Part shown: in pieces, positions 23,646 to 24,322 of the stretch
How the letters are laid out: each line of letters starts with the position of its first letter
Position numbering within the stretch: the first letter of the stretch is position 1
Virus record (IMG/VR): IMGVR_UViG_3300014911_000466
Length of the DNA stretch: 24,322 nt
DNA from: a virus
Strand: one strand, 5' to 3'
Made by a program: the position numbers and the translations under genes
The notes under the pieces: generated by a model
Seen by the model: the letters and a program-made list of their open reading frames with translations, nothing else
Databases searched by the model: none
What the model was told of the DNA's origin: nothing

Positions 23646-24038
23646 GTGGCGAGAAAAATTAGAGTTAGGCGAAGAGGCTATTGGCGCGGGCCCTATGTGT
23701 ATCGTCGCCGAGGCAAGCTGATACGGGTTAAACGCCACTATGTCGGTCCAACAACCTACATGGCGAGAGACGTGGGCAAGCCTGGGCGAGGCAAAAAGCT
23801 GATAGAGATAGAGCCCGGAAAACTTAAGAAGTACGGTTATTCAACTGACAAGAATGCGAGGGCTCGACGTAGGGCTTTAGCCAAGGCGGTTAGGGCGTAT
23901 GGCGCAACATCTGTGTTCAGAATGCTTAACGCGCAGGTTGTGCTGCGTAAATCTGCCAGAACCGGAGAGAGAGCCAGAGACAAGCGCATTTTCAAGGCTG
24001 ACCGAGACTGGGTTAAAAGACGGTACATGCAGAGGTGA
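23646..24038 (+). CDS. Highly basic 130-aa putative nucleoid protein
   Basis: SD GAGGTGA before GTG 23646; R/K-rich; DVGKPGRG, GKLKKYGY, VFRMLNA and IFKADRDWV motifs. Confidence 0.75.
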   Translation: MARKIRVRRRGYWRGPYVYRRRGKLIRVKRHYVGPTTYMARDVGKPGRGKKLIEIEPGKLKKYGYSTDKNARARRRALAKAVRAYGATSVFRMLNAQVVLRKSARTGERARDKRIFKADRDWVKRRYMQR

Positions 24039-24049
24039 ATGACTCACTC

Positions 24050-24322
24050 TTGAAAATACGTAAGTTAGCCTCCACTTTTCTGATTATTTGTTTAGCTTTG
24101 CTTCTCTTTCGCGCTTTACCCAACTTTGCGGGTGCTCGGCCCGCAGAGTGGGTTTTGGTTGAGAGAGGAGCTAATTTTGAGCGCTGGTTTAACGGGACGC
24201 ACTATAAATGGGTTAGTGCCCCGCAGTGGGTTTGGGACGGCTCGGCTTATGTTCCATACATTTTTAAGGATAGATATGCAAGTGAAGGCTATTATCAGGT
24301 TCAGACTGGATTGATAGGAGCG
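24050..24322 (+). CDS. 5' part (signal peptide) of the junction-spanning adhesin
   Basis: TTG 24050 (or GTG 24035, overlapping the upstream TGA) gives MKIRKLASTFLIICLALLLFRALPNFAGA..., in frame with 1..2127. Confidence 0.85.
   Translation, partial: MKIRKLASTFLIICLALLLFRALPNFAGARPAEWVLVERGANFERWFNGTHYKWVSAPQWVWDGSAYVPYIFKDRYASEGYYQVQTGLIGA
24200..24322. repeat. Terminal direct repeat, right copy (circular assembly overlap)
   Basis: Identical to 1-123. Confidence 0.97.

Larger units (their letters stand above)
1..24199. mobile_element. Complete circular genome of a temperate archaeal virus or virus-like element
   Basis: Exact terminal overlap with an ORF reading through the junction; integrase with tRNA-derived attP; structural-type membrane and basic proteins; archaeal GGAGGTGA SD motifs and TATA boxes. 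Confidence 0.85.

Noticed and set aside
23474-23662. 62-aa track ORF
   Set aside because: Overlaps the better-supported 42-aa basic ORF that has the strong SD
24126-24314. 62-aa track ORF
   Set aside because: Wrong frame; the overlapping frame carries the signal peptide of the junction-spanning adhesin
1-24322. CRISPR array, IS element, DGR reverse transcriptase, or head-tail/DJR morphogenesis genes
   Set aside because: No repeat-spacer periodicity, transposase, RT, terminase, portal or capsid motifs were recognised

Overview
The window looks like a complete circular genome of about 24,199 bp: bases 1-123 are repeated exactly at 24200-24322. It appears to be a temperate, probably enveloped archaeal virus or virus-like element. 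A Bathyarchaeia-like host is an inference from gene style and the regulator domain. There are four transcription blocks. (i) A + strand structural block (18970 through the junction to 6119) carries many membrane and surface proteins, two very basic putative nucleoid proteins, a CPBP protease and a putative donor-strand pilus operon. (ii) A - strand early block (12335 to 6116) carries small RHH, AbrB and Zn-finger proteins, a TGT/DpdA-like enzyme and a TasA/AbpA-like pilin. (iii) A + strand integrase has an RHH-Zn regulator domain at its N-terminus and is interrupted by an attP equal to the 3' half of tRNA-Pro(CGG). (iv) A - strand block (18832 to 14193) carries AbrB, membrane/coiled-coil proteins, a P-loop ATPase-wHTH, a second tyrosine recombinase with an adjacent dif-like site, and an HNH protein. 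I could not recognise an HK97 or double-jelly-roll capsid, terminase, polymerase, helicase or Rep. The strongest candidate for a new system is the 2118-6119 operon: tip adhesin, shaft pilin and a membrane anchor carrying three copies of the pilin's N-terminal strand. A -1 slippery site and a bulge-helix-bulge-like RNA element within it could set subunit stoichiometry. All family calls are by eye, without database searches.
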